DNA of 64,000 nt from Chloroflexota bacterium (GCA_028874795.1 JAPPHT010000070.1:3519-67518), one strand, 5' to 3'. Positions 17,844 through 25,696 are shown, counted from the stretch's first letter. Made by a program: numbers and translations. Notes: a model not told the origin generated them from the sequence alone.

Positions 17844-18284
17844 GTGGTCCAACAGAACAATCAGAGTGGAACAGAGAGCCAGACTCAACCCGGTGCTGTC
17901 TACGTGCTCTCAAACGAGAGAATGCCAGGCGTCGTCAAGATAGGCAGGGTGAAGGGAATCGCTCTAACGGACGTCCGCAGTCGCATTCGCGGATTCCAAG
18001 CGGGTTCACCCTCCCCTTACAACATTGAGTATGTCGCTCGTGTTGATGACGGCGTTTGGACAGAGCGAACCTTGCATCTCATACACGATGCGAACCGGAT
18101 ACGCGAGCCTGGTGGTGGAAGTGAGTGGTTCAGGATAAGCGTCAAGAGTGCAATAGCCACATTCGAGTTGGCAGGATTGAAACTGCTTGAAGAAGCCGGG
18201 GAGTCGCTGGAGCTAGACGACGAGCTTGCCGTACTGGCGGCTTGGAAGCGTAGTAGACTGCGCGGCGCGGCGAGGGCCGCGTGA
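17844..18284 (+). CDS. T5orf172 / Mug113 (GIY-YIG-superfamily) domain protein
   Basis: GAVYVLSNERMPGVVKIGRV...SPYNIEYVARVDD...ERTLHLIH...SEWFRISV follows the T5orf172 pattern. Lower GC. GGAGGG RBS before GTG. Confidence 0.7.
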   Translation: MVQQNNQSGTESQTQPGAVYVLSNERMPGVVKIGRVKGIALTDVRSRIRGFQAGSPSPYNIEYVARVDDGVWTERTLHLIHDANRIREPGGGSEWFRISVKSAIATFELAGLKLLEEAGESLELDDELAVLAAWKRSRLRGAARAA

Positions 18285-18308
18285 ACGAGAACCTACGGGA
18301 GGCGCGAG

Positions 18309-19370
18309 ATGCCCGTCATCGACGCAGACACGCACATCGACGAGCCGGAGGAAACCTGGCAGTACATGGAGGGAGCCGCGGCGCGGTTCCGTCCCGTCAC
18401 GATCTCTCCCCCCGAGGGCGTGGTCCCCGGCGGCATGGACGCTTCGGCCAGCCGCTGGTGGCTCGTGGACGGCAGGCTCCGCCAGCGGATGATCCGCAAC
18501 GACGAGCTGACCGGCACGACGCTGAACTCGCGCGAGCTGCTGGACGTCAACGAGCGGCTCGAGCACATGGACGCGCGGGGCGTCGACATCCACGTCATCT
18601 ACCCGACGTTCTTCCTCTCCTACGTCACCGGCAACCCGGAGGCGGAGCGCGCACTGGTCGACAGCTGGAGCCGCTACGTCTCCAGCAGGTGCGCGCCGAC
18701 CGAGGGCCGGCTGAGGTGGGTCGCGGTGCCGCCGCTGCTGGACATCGACGCGTCCGTGAGCTACCTGCGCTGGGCGAAGGAGAACGGGGCGGTGGGCGTG
18801 TTCAAGCGCGGACTGGAGCACGGCAGGCGCGTGAGCGACCCGTACTTCTTCCCGCTGTACGAGGAGGCGAGCGCGCTGGACATGCCTATCTGCATCCACA
18901 CGGGCAGCGGCAACCCGACCGAGGCGCGGCTCGGCCACGGCGACAGCCTGGGCGGCATCCCCATCATGGACGCGTTCCACGCGCTGGTGCTCTACGAGGT
19001 GCCGGACAAGTTCCCGAACATCCGCTGGGGCTTCATCGAGGCGGGCTCGACGTGGATACCGTACGTGGTGGACCGGCTGAAGGCCGAGAAGAAGCGGCGG
19101 TCGTGGATACGGAAGTTCGAGATGGGGGAGAACCTGTTCCGCAGGAACAAGTTCTTCGTCGCGGTGGACGCGGTCGAGGACATCTCGTACATCCTGACCT
19201 ACGGCACCGAGGACCACCTGATGATGGGCACCGACTACTCGCACTTCGACACGTCGGCGGAGCCCGACGCGATCGACGCGGTACGCAGGTGGGCGTCCGA
19301 GGGACGCATCAGCGACACCGCGGCCCGGAAGATCCTGGAGGACAACCCCAGGGAGTTCTACGGGCTGTAA
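18309..19370 (+). CDS. Amidohydrolase-2 family protein (ACMSD-like metal-dependent hydrolase/decarboxylase)
   Basis: MPVIDADTHIDEPEETW start, ICIHTGSG, GTDYSHFD. GGGAGG RBS. Confidence 0.8.
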   Translation: MPVIDADTHIDEPEETWQYMEGAAARFRPVTISPPEGVVPGGMDASASRWWLVDGRLRQRMIRNDELTGTTLNSRELLDVNERLEHMDARGVDIHVIYPTFFLSYVTGNPEAERALVDSWSRYVSSRCAPTEGRLRWVAVPPLLDIDASVSYLRWAKENGAVGVFKRGLEHGRRVSDPYFFPLYEEASALDMPICIHTGSGNPTEARLGHGDSLGGIPIMDAFHALVLYEVPDKFPNIRWGFIEAGSTWIPYVVDRLKAEKKRRSWIRKFEMGENLFRRNKFFVAVDAVEDISYILTYGTEDHLMMGTDYSHFDTSAEPDAIDAVRRWASEGRISDTAARKILEDNPREFYGL

Positions 19371-19404
19371 GAGGGGTCCAGCCCACTCACCGCGCTTCAG
19401 CGCG

Positions 19405-19660
19405 TGGTGAGGCCGATCACTGTCATTCCGGACGAAGCGCAGCGGAGTTGAGGAATCTCTCGGGGAACGCATCGCACACACGAACACCCGAGAGATGTTT
19501 CGACTCCGCCTCTGGCTCCGCTCAACATGACATCCCCGTCCACCTCCCCTCACCCCTGGGCGCCCACAAGGGACGCCCCTACACCCGGACCCATCCACCC
19601 TACCTCCTAACCCGTGCGGCCTGGCGGCCACTCTGGATTCCCGCTTTCGCGGGAATGACG
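19405..19660. repeat. Repeat mosaic: R3 (inverted) + R3 + R5 + R1
   Basis: R3 at 19487-19537, R5 GGGCGCCCACAAGGGACGCCCCTAC at 19558-19582, R1 at 19629-19660. Confidence 0.85.
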
Positions 19661-20145
19661 GATGGGGCGGGGATGTGGGAGATAACAGAAGTGCCGGAGT
19701 GGCCTCTCGACCGCTCCGGCACTGGTTGGTGCCCCGCGATTAGCGGGGCTCACCTTCCGCTCCGTTGCCGCTCCCGGCAATCACTACCGGACTCAGGCCG
19801 CCTCGGGCTCATCGAGCCGTTCCGGGCGCTTCTGCCTGCCTGCTTATAGCGGAGCTTCCGGCTTCCGTCTGCCCTCCTCCGGCAACGCTCAGGCCGCCGG
19901 GAGGGCCGTACAGGGGAAGTGCCACCGGTGATGCAGCACGTAGACCGCGCGTATGCCCATGGTGCACCTCCCTTCGTCAGTTCCGGTTCTTCGGAGGGGC
20001 GACCACCCACCGCCCGCTCCGTACCGTTCCACTCCACTGTAGGACTCGCCGCGGGGACATGCAACCCCTATGGAGGCGGATTTTCCTGCGGATTTCACGC
20101 AGATTTGTGAAATCGATAACGATTTCCGGGTCTTGACAGCTATCG

Positions 20146-20178
20146 CGCTCTGGATTCCAGCTTTCGCTGGAATGACGG
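20146..20178. repeat. R1 variant
   Basis: CGCTCTGGATTCCAGCTTTCGCTGGAATGACGG. Compensatory changes keep the stem. Confidence 0.8.
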
Positions 20179-20294
20179 AGAAGGCGCTGGAATACCGTGG
20201 CTGGGACGCGCTTCGCCTTTCCGCGGGGCTTGCAGCCGTAGGAGTACCCACTGCCCACAGCGACAGCGTGCGATGGCCGATGCCTCCAGCCGGC

Positions 20295-20303
20295 TGCTAT
20301 ACT
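20295..20303 (+). promoter_or_regulatory. Extended -10 promoter candidate for the DUF5678-like/protease cassette
   Basis: TGcTATACT, 71 nt upstream of ATG 20375. Confidence 0.35.
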
Positions 20304-20374
20304 GCTCCTGACACGTATGGGGCAACACCGTCCCGAATGCCGAGAACGATCGAGGCCACAGGGAGCGCTCGTCC

Positions 20375-20635
20375 ATGACCATCGAGATTCCAAACCGGGA
20401 AGAGCTGGACGCCCACTTTCGCCAGTTCTGTATCGACAGCGATTACCTCAACTCGATCTGGCCACAGGTCAAGAAGGATTACCCGGACCAGTACGTGGCC
20501 GTCTACAAGGGGGAGATCGTGGCCACGCACAAGAAACTGAAGAGGCTGCTGGCCATCATGAACGAGAAGGACGTCCCCCCAAACTACGCTGCCGTCCGGT
20601 TCGCAGCCAGCAAGCCCAGAAAGCTCATTCTGTGA
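20375..20635 (+). CDS. Small DUF5678-like protein (antitoxin-sized)
   Basis: 86 aa. KKDYPDQYVAVYKGEIVATHKKLKRLLAIM resembles the 'WVAI-x-GKVVA' core of DUF5678-type proteins. Lower GC. The downstream gene follows 1 nt after the stop. Confidence 0.5.
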   Translation: MTIEIPNREELDAHFRQFCIDSDYLNSIWPQVKKDYPDQYVAVYKGEIVATHKKLKRLLAIMNEKDVPPNYAAVRFAASKPRKLIL

Positions 20636-20636
20636 C

Positions 20637-21071
20637 GTGGCGATAGAAGGACACTATCGGGACGACAACCCGCCCGCTCCGTATGTCTACGGCGAGGTCT
20701 ACCTTCCCGACCTGCACCTCCATACAGGTGTGGCGTTCCTCGTGGACACGGGCGCCCATGCGACATCGCTGATGCCCGACGATGCGGCTGAGATGGGCTT
20801 AGACATACGGAACCTCGGAGGGCGGTACCAGAGAGTAGAAGGAGTGGGCGGCGAGGCCCGGTACAAGACGACGCGGGCCGTTCTCCGTTTTCAGGACCAT
20901 GACGCCTTCGGCCACTTCCAGGAGTTCGAGATCGACATCCACCTGACGAGGGGCCACGCATGGCAGCAGCTGCCGTCGCTGCTGGGGCGCGACATCCTCA
21001 ACGAGTGCGAGTGCATCCTCGACGGGGTCCGGGAGCGCGTCGCCATCAGGCGGCTGGCAGGCGGGGGCTGA
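20637..21071 (+). CDS. Retropepsin-like (clan AA) aspartic protease
   Basis: 144 aa. FLVDTGAHATSL (the DTGA active-site motif) and the late LLGRDILNE motif. Single-lobe size implies a homodimer. GTG start. Confidence 0.7.
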   Translation: MAIEGHYRDDNPPAPYVYGEVYLPDLHLHTGVAFLVDTGAHATSLMPDDAAEMGLDIRNLGGRYQRVEGVGGEARYKTTRAVLRFQDHDAFGHFQEFEIDIHLTRGHAWQQLPSLLGRDILNECECILDGVRERVAIRRLAGGG

Positions 21072-21077
21072 CGGCAC

Positions 21078-22442
21078 TCAGGCGCCTTCGCGCTTCACCT
21101 TTCCCCACCACGCCTCCAACCGCTGGCGCACCGTCTGCTCGTAGCCCTGGTCGCCGGGCTCGTAGAAGCGTTTGCCCGCGAGTTCGTCCGGCAGGTTCCG
21201 CTGGCCCGCGAAGTGCCCCTTGTAGTCGTGCGCGTACTTGTAGTCCTTGCCGTAGCCCAGGTTGCGCATGAGGCCGGTGACCGCATTGCGGAGGTGGAGG
21301 GGGACCGGGTGCTGGCGTCCAGTCCGCACCTCGTCCATGGCGCGGTTCAGCGCCATGTAGGACGCGTTGCTCTTGGGGGCCGTCGCGAGGTAGACGGCGG
21401 CCTCCGCCAACGGGATGGCGCCTTCCGGCAGCCCGACGAAGTGGACGGCCTGCTGCGCGGCGACGGCGACCGGCAGCGCGTGCGGGTCGGCCATGCCGAC
21501 GTCCTCCGCCGCGAGGATGACGACGCGCCGCGCGATGAAGAGCGGGTCCTCGCCCGCCTCGAGCATCCGCGCGAGCCAGTAGACCGCGGCGTCCGGGTCC
21601 GACGCACGCACCGACTTGATGAACGCGGAGATTGTGTCGTAGTGGCTGTCGCCCGCCTTGTCGTAGTGGAGCGCGCGGCGCTGGAGCGCCTCCTCCATCA
21701 GCGGGCGGTCGATCCGCTTCGTTCCGTCCGGGTAGCGGAGCGCGATCTCGGTGGCGAGCTCGATGCCGTTCAGCGCGACGCGGGCGTCGCCCGAGGCGAC
21801 CTCCTGCAGGAAGGCCAGCGCGTCGGGGTCGAGCGTCACGCGCTCGTTGCCGAGCCCGCGCTCGGTGTCGGCGAGCGCGCGGCGGACGACCTGTCCGACC
21901 TCATCGTCGCTGAGCGGATAGAGCGTCAGGACGCGCGTGCGTGACAGGAGCGCCGAGATGACCTCGAACGACGGGTTCTCGGTGGTCGCGCCGATGAAGG
22001 TGACAGTGCCGTTCTCGACGTGGGGAAGTATGGCGTCCTGCTGCGCCTTGTTGAAGCGGTGCACTTCGTCGACGAACAGGATGGTGCCCAGGTCCTCGGT
22101 GGCGCGTATCTCGCGGGCCTCCTCGACGGCCTGGCGGAGGTCGGCGACGCCGGAGGTGACGGCTGAGACGCCGATGAAGTGGGACTTCGTGAGCCCCGCG
22201 ACGAGCCGCGCGAGCGTTGTCTTGCCCGTGCCGGGCGGGCCCCAGAGCACCATCGACGGCACCTGGCCCGTGCGGATGGCGCGCTCCAACACGTGGCCCT
22301 CGCCGAGCAGGTGGCGCTGTCCGACGTATTCCTGGAGCGTGCGGGGGCGCATGCGGGCCGCGAGCGGAGCGTTCTCGTCCTCGTGCTGGCGGCGCACGTG
22401 CTCGAAGAGGGTCTGTTCCTTCCGCATGCCGCGCTGTGTCAT
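21078..22442 (-). CDS. rarA: Replication-associated recombination protein A (AAA+ ATPase)
   Basis: LWGPPGTGKTTLARL Walker A, ILFVDEVHRFNK, MgsA C-terminal domain (YDTISAFIKSVRASDPDAAVYW). Confidence 0.9.
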   Translation of the reverse strand: MTQRGMRKEQTLFEHVRRQHEDENAPLAARMRPRTLQEYVGQRHLLGEGHVLERAIRTGQVPSMVLWGPPGTGKTTLARLVAGLTKSHFIGVSAVTSGVADLRQAVEEAREIRATEDLGTILFVDEVHRFNKAQQDAILPHVENGTVTFIGATTENPSFEVISALLSRTRVLTLYPLSDDEVGQVVRRALADTERGLGNERVTLDPDALAFLQEVASGDARVALNGIELATEIALRYPDGTKRIDRPLMEEALQRRALHYDKAGDSHYDTISAFIKSVRASDPDAAVYWLARMLEAGEDPLFIARRVVILAAEDVGMADPHALPVAVAAQQAVHFVGLPEGAIPLAEAAVYLATAPKSNASYMALNRAMDEVRTGRQHPVPLHLRNAVTGLMRNLGYGKDYKYAHDYKGHFAGQRNLPDELAGKRFYEPGDQGYEQTVRQRLEAWWGKVKREGA

Positions 22443-22475
22443 GGCTGGAAGGTTACACCTCTCGCCCTGAAGCGG

Positions 22476-23501
22476 TCAGCGCGGCGTAAAGCTGCGCACC
22501 GTGAACCCCCGCTCTTCGTCGGCTATCGCGTCGTCGTAGTTGATGAAGAAGGTCGTGGGATAGGCGTACCGCTCGTCGTAGTTGACGTCGATGTTGTGCG
22601 CGCCCCGGTCGATGGCGTCCTGCAGCAGTTCGAACAGCTTCGCGATGGGGACGAACCGCTCCGGCACGGGGATGACGCCTATGCCCGGCTCCGCCGAGGA
22701 GACAGCCGTCACGACACCGTCGCGAACGCTGACGGCAGCCGTTGCGATGTAGTCCGCGGCGCAGAAGCAGATTTCCGCGCCGGTGTAGTCGTAGTTCACG
22801 AGGCCCCCGCGCTCCCACCTGCCCTGGTGACGGAGGAGGTCGGCCTGCTGCGAGCCTGGGTCGCGAACGAGGTAGACATCCTCGAACGCGGGGATATCGA
22901 TCTCAGCCTGTCCATTCCAGAAGTTGGCGAGCGCGGTGACGCGGCGGGCGTAGCGACCGTCCGGCAGGTCCGCGTCGATCAGTGGGACGTCCAGGTCGTT
23001 GAACGGCACCCCCAGGTTGCGGGCCGGCTCGGGCAGCCTGATGACCACGGCCTGTGAGTGCTCACCGCTGGTGAGCTCGATCCGCACCGAGTGGATCGGA
23101 ACGGAGAAGTCGCAGCCGCCGCCGTTGATGTCGTCGTATGCGGTGGGAATGCTGTCCTGGCCGATGACGGCCATGATGTACTCGTCCGAGTACGCCTCGG
23201 TCGTGATGCAGAGCGCCTCCGGTTCGCTGAGTGGCGTCGGGGTGGGCGTTGGCACAGATGTCGGCGTGGGGGTCGGCGGCGGATTCGCGGTGAGCGTTGG
23301 CGGTACGGGCGTTGCGGTCGCCGGCGGAGGCGTCGCGGTCGGCACGGACGGCGGCGGGAGGGGCGTCGGCGTGGCCGTTGCGGGAGGGGGCGTAGCGACG
23401 GGCGGTGGAGCATCCGTTGGGGTGGGTGTGGGTCCGGCGCCGCAGGCTGCGGTCCAGAGGGCGATGGTCAGCAGGACGGTTGGCAGTGCGATTCGGGGCA
23501 T
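22476..23501 (-). CDS. Lipoprotein with Pro/Thr-rich linker and a C-terminal domain of unknown function
   Basis: Signal peptide plus lipobox (LWTAAC), an ~80 aa PTPTP linker, and a globular C-terminal half ending ..YAYPTTFFINYDDAIADEERGFTV. Confidence 0.6.
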   Translation of the reverse strand: MPRIALPTVLLTIALWTAACGAGPTPTPTDAPPPVATPPPATATPTPLPPPSVPTATPPPATATPVPPTLTANPPPTPTPTSVPTPTPTPLSEPEALCITTEAYSDEYIMAVIGQDSIPTAYDDINGGGCDFSVPIHSVRIELTSGEHSQAVVIRLPEPARNLGVPFNDLDVPLIDADLPDGRYARRVTALANFWNGQAEIDIPAFEDVYLVRDPGSQQADLLRHQGRWERGGLVNYDYTGAEICFCAADYIATAAVSVRDGVVTAVSSAEPGIGVIPVPERFVPIAKLFELLQDAIDRGAHNIDVNYDERYAYPTTFFINYDDAIADEERGFTVRSFTPR

Positions 23502-23559
23502 GGGTGTTTGGTCTCCTTCATAGAATTATACGGGGCGGCGAGGGTCATGGTTCCGGGGG

Positions 23560-23700
23560 AGGGGGCGCGCTGAAGCGCGGGAGAGATTTCTCGACTCCGT
23601 TGCACTCCGCTCGAAATGACAAGCCCTGCTCCGGCCCGCCCGCCACAGGGCCCTCACCCGCCGCCTCCGGGCGGCCCTCTCCCTCATGAGAGGTAGGCGG
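23560..23700. repeat. Repeat mosaic: GCGCGCTGAAGCGCG hairpin + R3 + R6
   Basis: R3 at 23581-23626. R6 CCCTCACCCGCCGCC..CCCTCTCCCTCATGAGAGG at 23651-23693. Confidence 0.8.
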
Positions 23701-23733
23701 ACGCCCGGCCCTCCCCGCACATCGCCCGCAGTA

Positions 23734-23781
23734 CCCCCTCCCTAGCCCTCTCCCCTTGTAGGGAGAGGGCTAGGGAGGGGG
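23734..23781. repeat. Perfect 21-bp-arm palindrome immediately upstream of moaD-moaE
   Basis: CCCCCTCCCTAGCCCTCTCCC-cttgta-GGGAGAGGGCTAGGGAGGGGG. Followed directly by TATAAT (23782-23787). Confidence 0.9.
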
Positions 23782-23793
23782 TATAATCCGGGC

Positions 23794-24552
23794 ATGGACG
23801 TGCTCATACGCCTCTATGCGTCGTACAGGGAGACTGCGGGGATGGACCGGGTGACGCTGCCGCTGAGCGACGGCGCGGTCGTCGCGGACGCGGTCGCGGC
23901 GCTGCTCGCCGCCGCCCCCGCGCTGCCACGCGACTTCAAGCCGCACCTCATCGCGGTGAACGAGGAGTTCGGGAACCTCGCCTACCCGCTGTCCGACGGC
24001 GACGACGTTGCGTTCTACCCGCCGGTGAGCGGCGGTGTGGACGTGTGGGTCGGGACGGAGGAGATCGACGTCGGGGAGACGGCGGACGCCGTACGGCGGG
24101 CATTCAATGGCGCGGTGGTGACGTTCGAGGGAACGACGCGCGACAACACGGCCGGGCGTCCGGTGCTGCGGCTGGAGTACGAGGCCGACGAGCGGATGGC
24201 CGCGAAGGTCATCGCCCAGATCCTCGAGGAGACGATGGCGCGGTTCGACATTCCGGCGATGTCCGCGCGGCACCGCATCGGGCGGCTGGAGATCGGCGAC
24301 GTGAGCCTCGTGGTGGCTGCGGGCGCCCCACACCGGCTCGAGGCGTTCCTGGCGGGGCTGTACGTGGTCGACCGCATCAAGCACGTGGTGCCGGTGTGGA
24401 AGAAAGAGCACTTCGCGGACGGTGAGGTGTGGGTGGGAGCGGCATGCGACCCGGAGACGCACGCGCTGCACCTCTCAGAGGCGCCGTACGCGGGGTTCCT
24501 CGCGGAGCGCGAGGGGTCGGCGTCGCACGTGCACGCCCACGCGCACGTCTAG
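23794..24552 (+). CDS. Fused molybdopterin synthase MoaD-MoaE
   Basis: Residues 1-81 are MoaD-like, ending in ..AFYPPVSGG. The rest is MoaE-like (GAVVTFEGTTRD...HRIGRLEIGDVSLVVAAGAPHR...VPVWKKE). Confidence 0.85.
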   Translation: MDVLIRLYASYRETAGMDRVTLPLSDGAVVADAVAALLAAAPALPRDFKPHLIAVNEEFGNLAYPLSDGDDVAFYPPVSGGVDVWVGTEEIDVGETADAVRRAFNGAVVTFEGTTRDNTAGRPVLRLEYEADERMAAKVIAQILEETMARFDIPAMSARHRIGRLEIGDVSLVVAAGAPHRLEAFLAGLYVVDRIKHVVPVWKKEHFADGEVWVGAACDPETHALHLSEAPYAGFLAEREGSASHVHAHAHV

Positions 24553-24574
24553 GCAACCCTTACTCCCAGCGGAT

Positions 24575-24933
24575 CCACCCTCACCCGCTGCGCAAGCGCA
24601 TAGACCCGTTGACAAGCTCAGGGCAGGCCCTTCCCTGAGGGCGAGGTGAGCTGCGAGGTTCCTGCCTTCGCAGGAACGATGAGGAACCCCGAGAGATTTC
24701 TCGACTCCGCTGCGCTCCGCTCGAAAATGACAAGCCCTGCCCCACGTCCCCGCGGAGGACCCTCACCCGCCGCGCAAGCGCGTCGACCCGTTCGGCAAGC
24801 TCAGGGCAGGCTCTCTCCCCGAGGGAGAGGTGGCAGGCACCCCCTCCCCAAGCCATCCCGCCGTGTGGCCTGACGGCCACTCTGGATTCGCGCCTTCGCG
24901 AGAATGACGGTGAAGGGCAGGAACGACGAGGTC
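24575..24933. repeat. Repeat mosaic: composite R6/R2 unit + R3 + long R6 + R1 + partial R2
   Basis: 24575-24684 composite, 24691-24737 R3, 24760-24838 long R6, 24877-24910 R1. The whole 380-bp spacer is repeat-derived. Confidence 0.85.
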
Positions 24934-24934
24934 C

Positions 24935-25672
24935 CTAGTGAAGCAGGCCGCCGCCGTCGACGACGATGGACTGGCCGGAGATCATGGAGGCGTCGTCGCT
25001 GGCGAGGAAGGCGATCAGCGCGGCGAGGTGCTCCGGGTATACGCGAGCCTTGATCGCCTGGTTCTGCATCGTGCGGTTGAACATCTCCTCGTCGTTGTAC
25101 TCCAGCGTACCGGGGGTCGCGACCTGGCCCGGCATCACGGCGTTGACAGTGATGTTGTCGCCGCCGAGCTCCTTGGCCATGTTCCAGCTCAGGCCGATGA
25201 CGGCGCCCTTCGCTGAGACGTAGGGCGTCTGGCCGGGGTTGCCCATGAAGAAGGTGCGGGATGCGACGTTGATGATGCGCCCGCGCCCGCTCGCCTTGAG
25301 GTAGGGGTGGGCGGCCTTGATGGTGAGGAAGTAGCCGATGTAGTTCACCTGGGCGAACCGCTCCACCTCCTCTTTCGTCCACGTCGCCCAGTCTTTGCGT
25401 TGCGCGATGAGGCCGGCGTTGTTGACGAGGACGTCGATGCCGCCGAACGCGGCGTTGACGCCCTCGCACGCTGCAGCGAGCTGCGCCTCGTACGTGGTGT
25501 CGCACTGGAACGCCACTCCGCCGATGGCCTGCGCGACCTCGTTCGCCTCGTCGCCGCGCAGGTCGAGGATGCCGACCTTCACGCCTTCTTCGGCCAGCCG
25601 CTCAGCAGCGGCCTTGCCCAGGCCCCGCGCTCCGCCGGTGACGACTGCCCTTCGTCCTTCGAGTCCTCGCAT
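24935..25672 (-). CDS. Short-chain dehydrogenase/reductase (SDR)
   Basis: VVTGGARGLGKA, NNAG and YVSAKGA motifs. ATG 25672 has an AAGGAG RBS. The ORF-track N-terminal extension to 25972 is repeat DNA. Confidence 0.85.
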   Translation of the reverse strand: MRGLEGRRAVVTGGARGLGKAAAERLAEEGVKVGILDLRGDEANEVAQAIGGVAFQCDTTYEAQLAAACEGVNAAFGGIDVLVNNAGLIAQRKDWATWTKEEVERFAQVNYIGYFLTIKAAHPYLKASGRGRIINVASRTFFMGNPGQTPYVSAKGAVIGLSWNMAKELGGDNITVNAVMPGQVATPGTLEYNDEEMFNRTMQNQAIKARVYPEHLAALIAFLASDDASMISGQSIVVDGGGLLH

Positions 25673-25696
25673 CGCTGTCTCCTTCGTTCGTTGCGT

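Noticed and set aside
19680-20078. Known housekeeping RNAs (RNase P RNA, tmRNA, SRP RNA, 6S, cobalamin riboswitch) in the unexplained region
   Set aside because: By eye, neither strand contains the universally conserved cores. Missing are GAGGAAAGUCCGGGC and ACAGAANCCGGCUUA, a GGUUCGA-type T-arm with a CCA end, the SRP helix-8 GGAA motif and the B12 box. It is kept only as an unclassified candidate.
23220-23430. Periodic GGCGTNGG DNA here and at 40640-40930, considered as tandem/VNTR repeats
   Set aside because: They are the coding sequences, on the opposite strand, of the Pro/Thr linkers of two lipoproteins. They are imperfect at the DNA level and in frame.
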